A stretch of DNA of 64,000 bases from a virus (taxonomy: Duplodnaviria; Caudoviricetes). A program made the position numbers and the translations under genes. Below the pieces are notes generated by a model, which was not told where the DNA came from, searched no databases, and saw nothing but the letters and a program-made list of their open reading frames with translations. Below are positions 54,531 through 62,690 of the stretch, piece after piece (within the stretch, counting starts at the first letter, position 1; the number at the start of each line of letters is the position of its first letter). The stretch covers positions 1,418-65,417 of the IMG/VR virus record IMGVR_UViG_3300031912_000009, one strand, 5' to 3'.

Positions 54531-55153
54531 GCTGCCTGCGCTCGCCGCTCATCAAGGCGCTCGATTGCCTTGTCTACTTCCTTCAGAAATACCGTGACTT
54601 CGCGTTCCAGAAAGCCAATCACTTCGTTGTCGCGGTTAATGCGATGGATTACCAATTGATCGGATTCCGGCCAGCGCGGATCGAATGAAACCCAATGGCA
54701 CCATTTGCGTCCAGTGCAGGCTAATTGCCATTGAACCTGATAACGATAGGCGAGATCTATTTTATCGGTGTCGGTGATCAAGTTGGTGTAATGCGTGTGC
54801 ATTTCCGGACACTTGATTTCCAATAGCCCATCTGCATCAACTAGCCCGTCAGGCGAGGCGCCGGCCATCTTGATGGTAGGATGGATCACGAACCCGGCGA
54901 ATTCGACCGTTTTTCCCATGGCAAGATTATAAGCCGATCGCGCCATAGGTTCGGTTTCCTTCCCCCATTTCATCGCGGCGTTTTCATAGCTGGGAACCAT
55001 CATGCCGGTGCGACGCTCGACAATAAGTTGCGCACGATATCGATCGCGGCTGGTAGCGTAGCCGCCGCGGACGGTAGCTGTGATTTTGTGAATAGCTGAT
55101 GCAGTGGCACGACCGATTCGTTCCGGCGACAGCTCGCCCCAATCCTCGCTCAT
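54527..55153 (-). CDS. YqaJ/lambda-exonuclease-family recombination nuclease
   Basis: RIGRATAS, MKWGKETEP.AR, GASPDGL, LEIKCP, YQVQWQL. Confidence 0.93.
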   Translation of the reverse strand: MSEDWGELSPERIGRATASAIHKITATVRGGYATSRDRYRAQLIVERRTGMMVPSYENAAMKWGKETEPMARSAYNLAMGKTVEFAGFVIHPTIKMAGASPDGLVDADGLLEIKCPEMHTHYTNLITDTDKIDLAYRYQVQWQLACTGRKWCHWVSFDPRWPESDQLVIHRINRDNEVIGFLEREVTVFLKEVDKAIERLDERRAQAA

Positions 55154-55989
55154 TTCTTGTTCTTTCTTTTGGATACGCTCGACAGGGATCGTTTGGCTAA
55201 TTCCTCCGGAATGTCCTCAAGCTTTTCTATCTTCCTATTGGCGAGAATGCTGATGTTCTCCAGCACCCACGCTTCGGTCTTTTCGTCTTTGGCGTCGATG
55301 ATGATTTTGAGTTGTTCAAGATCTTCTGGCGTTATTTTCTTAGCTTCGCCATTGACCTTGCCAACCGACTGGGCGTCATCATCCTTCGCCGCGGCAATGC
55401 CTAAGATCGCTTTCTTGGTGTACTTCTGCTGATAGGTCAGCGCTGATCCCTGCGACTGGTTGTAATTCTTTGACCCGGTCTTATCGAGCGGGCTGCGCAG
55501 CGTCGTGCGTTGCATATGGCCAAGCCCATGCATCAGGACGCATGTCGTGATGATGTCGGTTTCAGTCTGGTCGATCTCATAATTGGTGGCCAGATTGTGC
55601 CGGCTTAAAGCCATGTCGACGGCTTCGTTAATCGCATCCATGGTTTCATATTCGTAGCGGGTGCGGCCTTTCTCGGTGGCGAAGTCCGCTTTCTCGCCTT
55701 TCAGGATCGGCATGAATTCCCGCTTGGCAGCGATCAGGTCTTGGATGAAGGCAACGCGCGCCTCTTCCTTACGCCACCTTTCTTCGCGCTCGTCTTGGGT
55801 TTGCTGCCAGCGTTCGGCCAGGACAGACAAACGCTCAATCACCTCGACTGATGCGCCGGCCGTAATCGCTCGAGCCATCAATTCTAGGGGGGACATCGGC
55901 GCCGACTGGGTCTGGATCACTGTCGGGTCCGATATCGGAGCCATACCACCCGGCGGCGGTAGCTTTACTTCTGGATTAGTCTTGGTCAT
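55150..55989 (-). CDS. erf: ERF-family single-strand annealing protein
   Basis: YEYETMD.I..AV...LSRH.L, LMHGLGH, QSQGSALTYQQKY...GIAA..DDDAQ. Confidence 0.85.
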   Translation of the reverse strand: MTKTNPEVKLPPPGGMAPISDPTVIQTQSAPMSPLELMARAITAGASVEVIERLSVLAERWQQTQDEREERWRKEEARVAFIQDLIAAKREFMPILKGEKADFATEKGRTRYEYETMDAINEAVDMALSRHNLATNYEIDQTETDIITTCVLMHGLGHMQRTTLRSPLDKTGSKNYNQSQGSALTYQQKYTKKAILGIAAAKDDDAQSVGKVNGEAKKITPEDLEQLKIIIDAKDEKTEAWVLENISILANRKIEKLEDIPEELAKRSLSSVSKRKNKK

Positions 55990-56222
55990 GGGATCACCTT
56001 TCTGGGGCGGCCGACCGGCCGCTTTTGCTTGTATCCACCTTCGCTCAAGCCTACGGCCTTAGCGACTGCATTAATGGCCTCGTTTACTCTGCCATGATTC
56101 GATATGTTCAAAACCGTGGCGACTTGCATTTGGGTGAGGCCGACAACAAAATGGAAATAAGCCGCCTGGATACGCTCGATCGGCGTCAAATCTGATTTCA
56201 TTGTCCCACCCGTTTTGTCCAC
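55986..56222 (-). CDS. Small HTH-like protein
   Basis: LTQMQVATVLNISNHGRVNEAI. Confidence 0.6.
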   Translation of the reverse strand: MDKTGGTMKSDLTPIERIQAAYFHFVVGLTQMQVATVLNISNHGRVNEAINAVAKAVGLSEGGYKQKRPVGRPRKVIP

Positions 56223-56776
56223 GTCGTGAAGGGTACTTGGTCGACATCCAAAATAAGTGGCCAGTAAACGATCGATTCACCACTCAACCACGGCTGCCTG
56301 AAGATGAGGGGGTACGCTTCACCCATTTCCCCCCTCACCAATTCGGGAAAGAACAGTTCCGCCGCCGGACCATCAGGAGCGGCCCTCTCTAGGTCCGGCG
56401 GCGGCGCAGGCGACTTCCCACCCTGTGTCGCCCACGGAACGTCCGCGATGTTCGAAGGCAGCTTGTGCGGAACAATCGACGGACGTTTCTCATAGTCACT
56501 ACTCGGACGGGGGCTGTTGTCCCAGCACCTCTCCCCGTCCTGGCTGGCGTGCCAGTACAGATGCAAACTCGGCCAGCGGGTCCGTGCTTCCCGGTGCGTC
56601 AGGCACTGGGTCGCTGCGCTTACTGCCATTACGCTTGTTGCGCTTAACACGCTGAAACTCAAAGCGGCCAAGCCTCGCCGCCAAGTCCTCAAGGTTGCCT
56701 TGGGTGCCGGCCAGGATTGCCTCGAGGTCGGCGCAGTCGTGTACTTTGTCATTATAGGCACCCTGGAGAACGTCAT
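56198..56776 (-). CDS. Hypothetical, probably exported protein (true start uncertain, likely downstream)
   Basis: Hydrophobic stretch followed by CLTHREARTRWPSLHLYWH...CWD. Confidence 0.55.
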   Translation of the reverse strand: MTFSRVPIMTKYTTAPTSRQSWPAPKATLRTWRRGLAALSFSVLSATSVMAVSAATQCLTHREARTRWPSLHLYWHASQDGERCWDNSPRPSSDYEKRPSIVPHKLPSNIADVPWATQGGKSPAPPPDLERAAPDGPAAELFFPELVRGEMGEAYPLIFRQPWLSGESIVYWPLILDVDQVPFTTWTKRVGQ

Positions 56777-56987
56777 AGCGATTGGCCCCTGCCGATACCT
56801 CGAGCTTTAACGCTTCAATGTGGTTGTCCTTCACACAGACCGTCATCTCGAGTTCCTGTATTCGCCGTATCATGGCCTCGCGCTCGAGCTTGGCGCGGTC
56901 ATAAAACGCTGCGGCAGCCATAGCTGCGTCCCGATCGGGGTCCGGCAATGGCGCCGGCAATCTGGCTTCGACTGGCAGTTCAGACAT
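56499..56987 (-). CDS. Coiled-coil hypothetical protein
   Basis: ATG 56987 after GAGAGGTGG RBS; heptad pattern. Confidence 0.6.
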   Translation of the reverse strand: MSELPVEARLPAPLPDPDRDAAMAAAAFYDRAKLEREAMIRRIQELEMTVCVKDNHIEALKLEVSAGANRYDVLQGAYNDKVHDCADLEAILAGTQGNLEDLAARLGRFEFQRVKRNKRNGSKRSDPVPDAPGSTDPLAEFASVLARQPGRGEVLGQQPPSE

Positions 56988-57010
56988 CTTCCACCTCTCT
57001 TGAGCGTGGC

Positions 57011-57103
57011 TCACCAGACTAGTACCGCGCCGAGGGCCACGATCCCGGCGGCGATTCCGTAGATCAGCAAGCAGGCGACCAAGTCGCGATCGTGGGGTTT
57101 CAT
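57011..57103 (-). CDS. Small membrane peptide (30 aa)
   Basis: MKPHDRDLVACLLIYGIAAGIVALGAVLVW; overlaps the upstream stop. Confidence 0.4.
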   Translation of the reverse strand: MKPHDRDLVACLLIYGIAAGIVALGAVLVW

Positions 57104-57324
57104 TCATAATCCGGTAAATGCCTTGGGATTGGTATCCAGCCGCTAGTGTCGATCTTTAGGACTGAAATAGCGGTGTCGAGCGCATCAATCTCCCGCAGCA
57201 TGCGGGCTTCGATGATCTCATCGCTTGGGTACATAGAGCGCCGGCCGCTGCGCCACTTAGCGTGCTTGCGTTCTTTTTCCATACGCAGGCCGATTAGGAT
57301 TTCCATGGCGCTAAGATTGGTCAC
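57100..57324 (-). CDS. Hypothetical protein
   Basis: GTG start after GGAGG. Confidence 0.55.
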   Translation of the reverse strand: MTNLSAMEILIGLRMEKERKHAKWRSGRRSMYPSDEIIEARMLREIDALDTAISVLKIDTSGWIPIPRHLPDYE

Positions 57325-57637
57325 GGTGCCACCTCCGGTAATTGACGCCGCCGGCTTCCTCGATCCCCTTGCGCCAGCCCCTTTCGCCATTGGCATGCAT
57401 CTCGGCGCGGCGCTTACCTTCCTCGACGGTCGGTACATAAAACGATCGCGACCAGCCTGCCGGGGCGGCGGGCTGGCCCAAAGTGCCGACCTTAGTCATT
57501 ATGTGGACGAATAGGATTACGGTAGTCGATCCGTGTTCGGGGGTGCCGCGCCAATGGCTGTGGATCGAATAGGCATTGCCGTTCGGGGCCGTAGCCTCGT
57601 GGCGCTTATGCAGTTCAACCCAAATGAGCTTAGCCAT
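57311..57637 (-). CDS. Hypothetical protein, first gene of the leftward early operon
   Basis: ATG 57637 after GGTGGAAA. Confidence 0.6.
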   Translation of the reverse strand: MAKLIWVELHKRHEATAPNGNAYSIHSHWRGTPEHGSTTVILFVHIMTKVGTLGQPAAPAGWSRSFYVPTVEEGKRRAEMHANGERGWRKGIEEAGGVNYRRWHRDQS

Positions 57638-57723
57638 TGTTTCCACCCAATCGTCCACATAGTATAAATGTACAGCCTAGGCAATAGTAGATTTAGCCTG
57701 TGGAAAATGATAAGGGGATCAGC

Positions 57724-58044
57724 ATGATCGCTGATGTATGCCGCCGTAATCTTCGCAAGCTTGTGGAAACGTATGTCAAATACACCGGGCGCGGAGAGGC
57801 GATTCTTAGTATGGAAACCTACGGAAATGGCACGTTTATCAGGGAATTCGGCGCTCGGCGGCGATCGATCTCGGTTGATTCGTATGACAACATGCTGGCC
57901 CGATACGATGATTTATTCGCTCGATCGGGGGTGCCGTGGCCAGAATTGGAGACAATTCATTTCAATAGGGAACAATTGAGACAAAAAGGTAATATATCGA
58001 AGCGTAAACCGAGTCGGGAAAAGGCAGCCGGTAAAATCCGGTAA
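57724..58044 (+). CDS. Cro-like DNA-binding protein (alphaproteobacterial phage type)
   Basis: LVETYVKYTG...SMETYGNGTFIREF...SISVDSYD; first gene of the divergent rightward unit. Confidence 0.55.
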   Translation: MIADVCRRNLRKLVETYVKYTGRGEAILSMETYGNGTFIREFGARRRSISVDSYDNMLARYDDLFARSGVPWPELETIHFNREQLRQKGNISKRKPSREKAAGKIR

Positions 58045-58050
58045 TATCGG

Positions 58051-58254
58051 GTGAGCTATGGCATGCGCAAAAGAGATGAAAGCGTCATTCCTGTAAGCCA
58101 GCGCTGTTTAAGTTGGTTGGGGCGAGTATCCGCATTAACGCAAAAGACTGCCAACCCGCTGACGCCAGCGGAGGTTGCGGCATCGTTTTTAGAGGCGATA
58201 ATGCGGGACGATGAACGCGCCCATAACGAACAGTCCTGCCAGACTTGTCATTGA
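58051..58254 (+). CDS. Hypothetical protein
   Basis: 67 aa. Confidence 0.5.
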   Translation: MSYGMRKRDESVIPVSQRCLSWLGRVSALTQKTANPLTPAEVAASFLEAIMRDDERAHNEQSCQTCH

Positions 58255-58588
58255 GCTTCCTGGCGAGCCGCAAGGCAAGGGACGGCCACGGTTCGCGCGC
58301 GGCCGGGTCTACACCCCCAAGGAAACGCGCGAGTACCAGAAAGACTTGGGCTGGGTGGCGCGTGCCGTCATGGGCGGCCGCAAGCCGCTGACCGGCAATG
58401 TCAAGGTTCGGATCACTGCGGTGACTAGCCCGACGAATCGATTCGATAACGACAACTTCACTAAGATCGCGCTCGATGCCTTGCAAGGCATCATCTTTGT
58501 CAATGACCGGCAAGCCAAGGATGTCCACACGCGCGTTGTGGTGGACATCGCGCCGATGATGCGAATTGATGTCGAAGAATTGATCTAG
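58211..58588 (+). CDS. rusA: RusA-family Holliday junction resolvase
   Basis: PGEPQGKGRPR...DNDNFTKIALDALQGIIFVNDRQ. Confidence 0.88.
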   Translation: MNAPITNSPARLVIELPGEPQGKGRPRFARGRVYTPKETREYQKDLGWVARAVMGGRKPLTGNVKVRITAVTSPTNRFDNDNFTKIALDALQGIIFVNDRQAKDVHTRVVVDIAPMMRIDVEELI

Positions 58589-58619
58589 GATGCGAATTGA
58601 TGTCGAAGAATTGATCTAG
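58558..58619 (+). repeat. Exact 31-bp tandem duplication of the rusA 3' end
   Basis: GATGCGAATTGATGTCGAAGAATTGATCTAG at 58558-58588 and again at 58589-58619. Confidence 0.95.
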
Positions 58620-58628
58620 TTATCCACA
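58620..58628 (+). promoter_or_regulatory. Perfect DnaA-box sequence TTATCCACA
   Basis: Exact consensus in a non-coding region; single copy, function unproven. Confidence 0.35.
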
Positions 58629-58760
58629 ATTGGCCATCAAAAAACCAAACGAATCTGATACGCGCGTTCCTTTATCTTAATTTCTTACCACGAGGCTGGC
58701 TCCACCCCACCTAGCCGCGCTACCCTCTGGGAAGAAGAGTCGCCGAACAGGAGGGTGGTG

Positions 58761-58874
58761 ATGAACCAAGCAAGACGTTACGGCACTGAGCCAGCCGAAC
58801 CTTCGGGTTCGACCAGCGCGGAGACTGGAAAGTGGCTTGAGGGCCATAAAACGGCAGGACTTACATGGGGCTGA
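58761..58874 (+). CDS. Possible small ORF (37 aa)
   Basis: AGGAGG RBS; GGAGGGTGGTGATG is identical to the start region of the gene at 63341 (minus strand). Confidence 0.3.
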   Translation: MNQARRYGTEPAEPSGSTSAETGKWLEGHKTAGLTWG

Positions 58875-58938
58875 GGCTCAAGCGTAAGGAAGCGAGGCTT
58901 CGGGCTGTTGGTGATAACACCGATCCAGAGGTGCCGTT

Positions 58939-60042
58939 CTAGGCGAGATCATTCAGGATCTGTTGCGCCCGGTGTTTCCACAGGTGTTTGTCGGCAATGA
59001 CTTTGCGGGCTTCCACCGAGGCCCGTTGCCGTTCATAGGGGTGCTTGAGCCACCACCCGGCTTCCTCGACAAAGTTGTCGGCGTTGTATTCCCCGTAATG
59101 AACCCCCGGTATGAATGTCTCGGTCATCTGGCCGGCAGCTCCGACATGGGGCGATCCATGGGCCATGACGAAGCCGCCGACTGCCATGGCCTCGAGGACG
59201 CGGCTGTGCATGGCGAAGCCGAAGATGTTGTCGTGGGCGTTGATCCGGCTGCGCTGATACAGATCGAGGAGGGCTTTGCGATCGTTGGTGAACGGTTTGG
59301 CGTATGCGGCAAATTCCGGCCATAGATCCCAATGCAGCCCCCAGAACTCGACGTTTTTGGATACTGACAGGATCAGTCTGGCCAAGGCAAAGCGGTTCTG
59401 AAGGCGCGCGGTTTCATGGATATTCATGGCTGAAACGGCATCGATGCTGGCCCGTGATCTCGGATCGAAATAGCCGTCCAATATGGTCTTGAACCGGGCC
59501 ACCTCGCCGGCTTGATCGAACGATCCACTTAATGGCGTTATTCGGGTCTCGGCGACGATGAGATCCATGAGTTTAGCTGTGATCGGGTTGGTCACCGGGT
59601 CTTTGAAAAACTTTGGCGAGGCAATGAACCCAGCAATGGAGAAATCGAGGTTAGGTTTGACCGGCGGCTGGTTTAAGAGTTCCGGATCGACGCCCATGCA
59701 CAGCGATCCAATCCAATGCTTGAATTGGGGTGCGCCTAAGATCCTGGGATCGCCAAATGTATAGATCCGGTCTTGCGGCAATGCGCGTCCATTGTAATCC
59801 GGATCACGGCCATTACCGTAGTATTCCTGCACCCATGCAATGTGGATGCAGTTCTTGGGGATCTCGTCGCTGCGCGCGTGGCCGACTTCGATGACAGCAT
59901 CGGCATAGGATAAGAGTTCGGGTTTGTCTTTGCGGCCAAAGCCGATGACGATGCAAGGGTGACCAAGGCTGTCGAGGGCGTATGCCAAAGCGGTGTTGGC
60001 GCGTTCGTCAAACAACTTGTGACAGATGAAAGCGATCCGCAT
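58939..60042 (-). CDS. GT-B glycosyltransferase (CgeB/YkvP-like, Glyco_trans_1_2)
   Basis: FWGLHW, LYQRSRINAHD, RVLEAMAVGGFVM, HLWKHRAQQIL. Confidence 0.85.
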   Translation of the reverse strand: MRIAFICHKLFDERANTALAYALDSLGHPCIVIGFGRKDKPELLSYADAVIEVGHARSDEIPKNCIHIAWVQEYYGNGRDPDYNGRALPQDRIYTFGDPRILGAPQFKHWIGSLCMGVDPELLNQPPVKPNLDFSIAGFIASPKFFKDPVTNPITAKLMDLIVAETRITPLSGSFDQAGEVARFKTILDGYFDPRSRASIDAVSAMNIHETARLQNRFALARLILSVSKNVEFWGLHWDLWPEFAAYAKPFTNDRKALLDLYQRSRINAHDNIFGFAMHSRVLEAMAVGGFVMAHGSPHVGAAGQMTETFIPGVHYGEYNADNFVEEAGWWLKHPYERQRASVEARKVIADKHLWKHRAQQILNDLA

Positions 60043-60132
60043 GGCGCGATACTAAAGTTTGTTTGCCGGCCTTTCGAATCGGGTTACGCTGATCATCTCG
60101 CGATGATTTTCACATCCTTCGGAGCGGCGGCC

Positions 60133-61104
60133 ATGACGACAGTTGGCGGTCATTTGCTGGCTGAAGACTGGATACGGAAACTTAACGATCAATGGGACAG
60201 GCTTGTGGATACGACTGTGGCTGGGTTTGTTCAGCTTGGTCGCGATCTCAATGAATGCAAGGCAAGTTCAGCCCATGGTCAATGGCAAAAGACTTTAGCC
60301 GGGTTAAAGTTTGATGCCTCAGTCGCTCGCATCTTTATGCGTATTAGTAGGTGGGTTCAAAAGAGTTCAACCTTAAGGATAGAAGCTGAAAGCAATGCTT
60401 GCATTATGGCAATTTTGCCGCCTGATTATACGACAATCGATCAGATTGCGAGACTTAAAGAACCACAGTTAAAGCGACTAATCGAAAACGGCACGATATG
60501 TCCGTCAGTAAGGCGCAACAAGGTTGCCGAGATCATTCGCCTGGACAAGGTGAAGCAGGATCAGGAACGGATTCTCAAACTACAGCCACGACCGGGGAAA
60601 TACCGTACCATTGTCTGCGATCCAGCATGGGACTTCGATGCTTTTTCCCGTGGTGCGGTTTCGAGGATGCCATATGCCAAGCAGTCGGTGGAGGAAATAG
60701 CCAAGCTCGATCTTAAGCGCTGGGCTGAAGACGAATGCCACCTCTATTGCTGGTGTCCCAACGCTTATGTGCTTCAGGCCGGCGCGCTTATCTCAGGTTG
60801 GGGCTTCGAATATAAAAACATCCTGACATGGGTGAAGCCGCCACCGTTCGGCTTAGGCAAGAATTTCCGCAACGCCACTGAGAAGTGCTTGTTCGCGACG
60901 ATCGGCGAGCGCACTACGCGGGCCGATAATATTCCCGATTACTTCTGCGCGCCTCGAGGCGAACACAGCGAGAAGCCAGAAGAGTTTTACGAGATCGTCA
61001 GGGCGGCGAGCTATCCGCCATATGGCGAGTTGCATCAGCGCAAATTGAGGGAGGATTTTACCGATCTGTTTATGGCCGGCGATATTATCGAAGCGGCCGA
61101 ATAA
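60133..61104 (+). CDS. MT-A70-family DNA methyltransferase fused to an N-terminal DUF3102-like domain
   Basis: LGRDLNECK...HGQW...ARIFMRIS; KYRTIVCDPAW, LYCWCPN, WGFEYK..LTWVK, HSEKPEEFY. Confidence 0.85.
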   Translation: MTTVGGHLLAEDWIRKLNDQWDRLVDTTVAGFVQLGRDLNECKASSAHGQWQKTLAGLKFDASVARIFMRISRWVQKSSTLRIEAESNACIMAILPPDYTTIDQIARLKEPQLKRLIENGTICPSVRRNKVAEIIRLDKVKQDQERILKLQPRPGKYRTIVCDPAWDFDAFSRGAVSRMPYAKQSVEEIAKLDLKRWAEDECHLYCWCPNAYVLQAGALISGWGFEYKNILTWVKPPPFGLGKNFRNATEKCLFATIGERTTRADNIPDYFCAPRGEHSEKPEEFYEIVRAASYPPYGELHQRKLREDFTDLFMAGDIIEAAE

Positions 61105-61637
61105 TGGAATTATATCCGATCGTCCGCGTGACCGAAGAGGTACGGCGCAAGGCCGATAGGCAGGCTATGCGCTGTTACCATAACGGTACTACTAAATACG
61201 GCGGCAATGCGTGGGGGCTTAAGGCTGGGCCAAAAGAATCGTTAGCCATTGATATTCATGGTCTGCGCTGTGAGGGCGCGTTTCAAATCCTGCTGCCGCA
61301 CGCGATTTGGTTTTTGACCGATCGGAAAGACTTGCCGGATTTTACCGGATTCATCGATGTCAAAGCGACCCGTGGTCGAGGGCGAAGATTAATCAATCCG
61401 CCGGATAAAATAATACCGCATTGGGCCTATCCGTTGTTCTGGTCGCTCGATCAATGGGACGACGACCCGATGGAATATCAATTTAGAGGTTGGGCGTGGG
61501 GTGTTGAATTAGCCAAGGCACCGCAAGAAGAATTTGTCGAGGGGCGCGGCAAGAGTTGCTGGTTAAGAGGGACTATTCCGCCGCTGCACTCGCTGCAAGA
61601 ATTACGTTTGATCGAATCATGGAAACGTAATCGATGA
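61104..61637 (+). CDS. Putative PD-(D/E)xK nuclease-fold protein
   Basis: G.RCE.A...DLPDF..FIDVKAT...FRGW. Confidence 0.5.
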   Translation: MELYPIVRVTEEVRRKADRQAMRCYHNGTTKYGGNAWGLKAGPKESLAIDIHGLRCEGAFQILLPHAIWFLTDRKDLPDFTGFIDVKATRGRGRRLINPPDKIIPHWAYPLFWSLDQWDDDPMEYQFRGWAWGVELAKAPQEEFVEGRGKSCWLRGTIPPLHSLQELRLIESWKRNR

Positions 61638-61948
61638 TGTATGCGATCGTCGTGAAGCCGGTCGGCGATCGAGGTCTGTTCCGATACTACGGCGGGGGAG
61701 GATTCCATGCGCCCGTGGATGGCCGATCGCGTCAGCCCCTATTCGACGCCTGTCGAAAGCTGAAACGCATGGGCGCCGATCCGAATCTCAAATGCGCCAT
61801 GTATCACCATGGATCGAAGGATTGGGCGGTCCGGATCACGATCGGCAAGGGGGCTGGGTTAATGGTGGTCGACAGCACCTATGGTAAGCCGCGGTTTGTC
61901 AAATACTACCACCCAGATCGCACTGAGGGAGGCCAGTGGTGGCATTAA
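61634..61948 (+). CDS. Hypothetical protein
   Basis: SRQPLFDACRKLKRMGADP pattern. Confidence 0.6.
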   Translation: MMYAIVVKPVGDRGLFRYYGGGGFHAPVDGRSRQPLFDACRKLKRMGADPNLKCAMYHHGSKDWAVRITIGKGAGLMVVDSTYGKPRFVKYYHPDRTEGGQWWH

Positions 61949-62409
61949 TCGTATGCTGCGGTTGCGCCCGTCAACGTGAGATCAGCGAGGGGGTTCGCAA
62001 AAATCTGGTGTGTTCGAATTGCGGGGCGCAAAAGCCGCGGATTATTTATTTGCGCAAGAGTTGGCATAATTGGGAGAATATCGACGGCAAAAATAAAATA
62101 GAAGCGATGCGAGAGATTTATGCCGGTTTGATCTGGCTGCGTGATGCGCGGAAATATTCCGAGAAATATCCATTGGCAAAATTCAGAGCTATTTTTGGAT
62201 GTTGGCCACCATATGACTTTGACAATATTCCGGCATTGCCGCCGACATCGGGATTATTGAATTGGTTGCATCGATCGAATGAGGTTTGGAAAAGACAAAA
62301 GCGCTCAGAAGAAAAAGCCGCAGAACCGGAAGTTGTGCTAAAGCTGCCAGAACCGGAACCGCCGATCCCATCTTGGATGACGGACGAAGATTGGCTGGTC
62401 AAGCTTTGA
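61936..62409 (+). CDS. Zinc-ribbon protein resembling a phage helicase C-terminal module
   Basis: CCGC...CSNC; YAGL...RKY...FRAIFGCWP. Confidence 0.5.
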   Translation: MVALIVCCGCARQREISEGVRKNLVCSNCGAQKPRIIYLRKSWHNWENIDGKNKIEAMREIYAGLIWLRDARKYSEKYPLAKFRAIFGCWPPYDFDNIPALPPTSGLLNWLHRSNEVWKRQKRSEEKAAEPEVVLKLPEPEPPIPSWMTDEDWLVKL

Positions 62410-62419
62410 GGAGGGATTC

Positions 62420-62656
62420 ATGAAATTGGTATTAGTAACGCCGTATGATGTGAAGTCTGGGAGTTTACGGCCGCAAGAGGCACGATCGGATATTGGGGTT
62501 GCGTTTGCTAGTGAGTTTACGACCGAACGTGCACCGATGCGTCCGCCGCAGAAAATTCATGCTACTCAATGTATTGTCAGCATGCACACAGATGCTGTTG
62601 CCGATGGCAGTATCTTTGTGAAGGAATCGGTGGCCGAACTGATCGCTGCCAGCTAG
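62420..62656 (+). CDS. Hypothetical protein
   Basis: GAGGAGG RBS; 78 aa. Confidence 0.65.
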   Translation: MKLVLVTPYDVKSGSLRPQEARSDIGVAFASEFTTERAPMRPPQKIHATQCIVSMHTDAVADGSIFVKESVAELIAAS

Positions 62657-62657
62657 G

Positions 62658-62686
62658 AAAAAGGCCCCGGTATTGCCGGGGCCTTT
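62658..62686. terminator. Bidirectional intrinsic terminator
   Basis: Perfect 11-bp stem AAAGGCCCCGG-TATTG-CCGGGGCCTTT between convergent genes. Confidence 0.85.
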
Positions 62687-62690
62687 GAGT

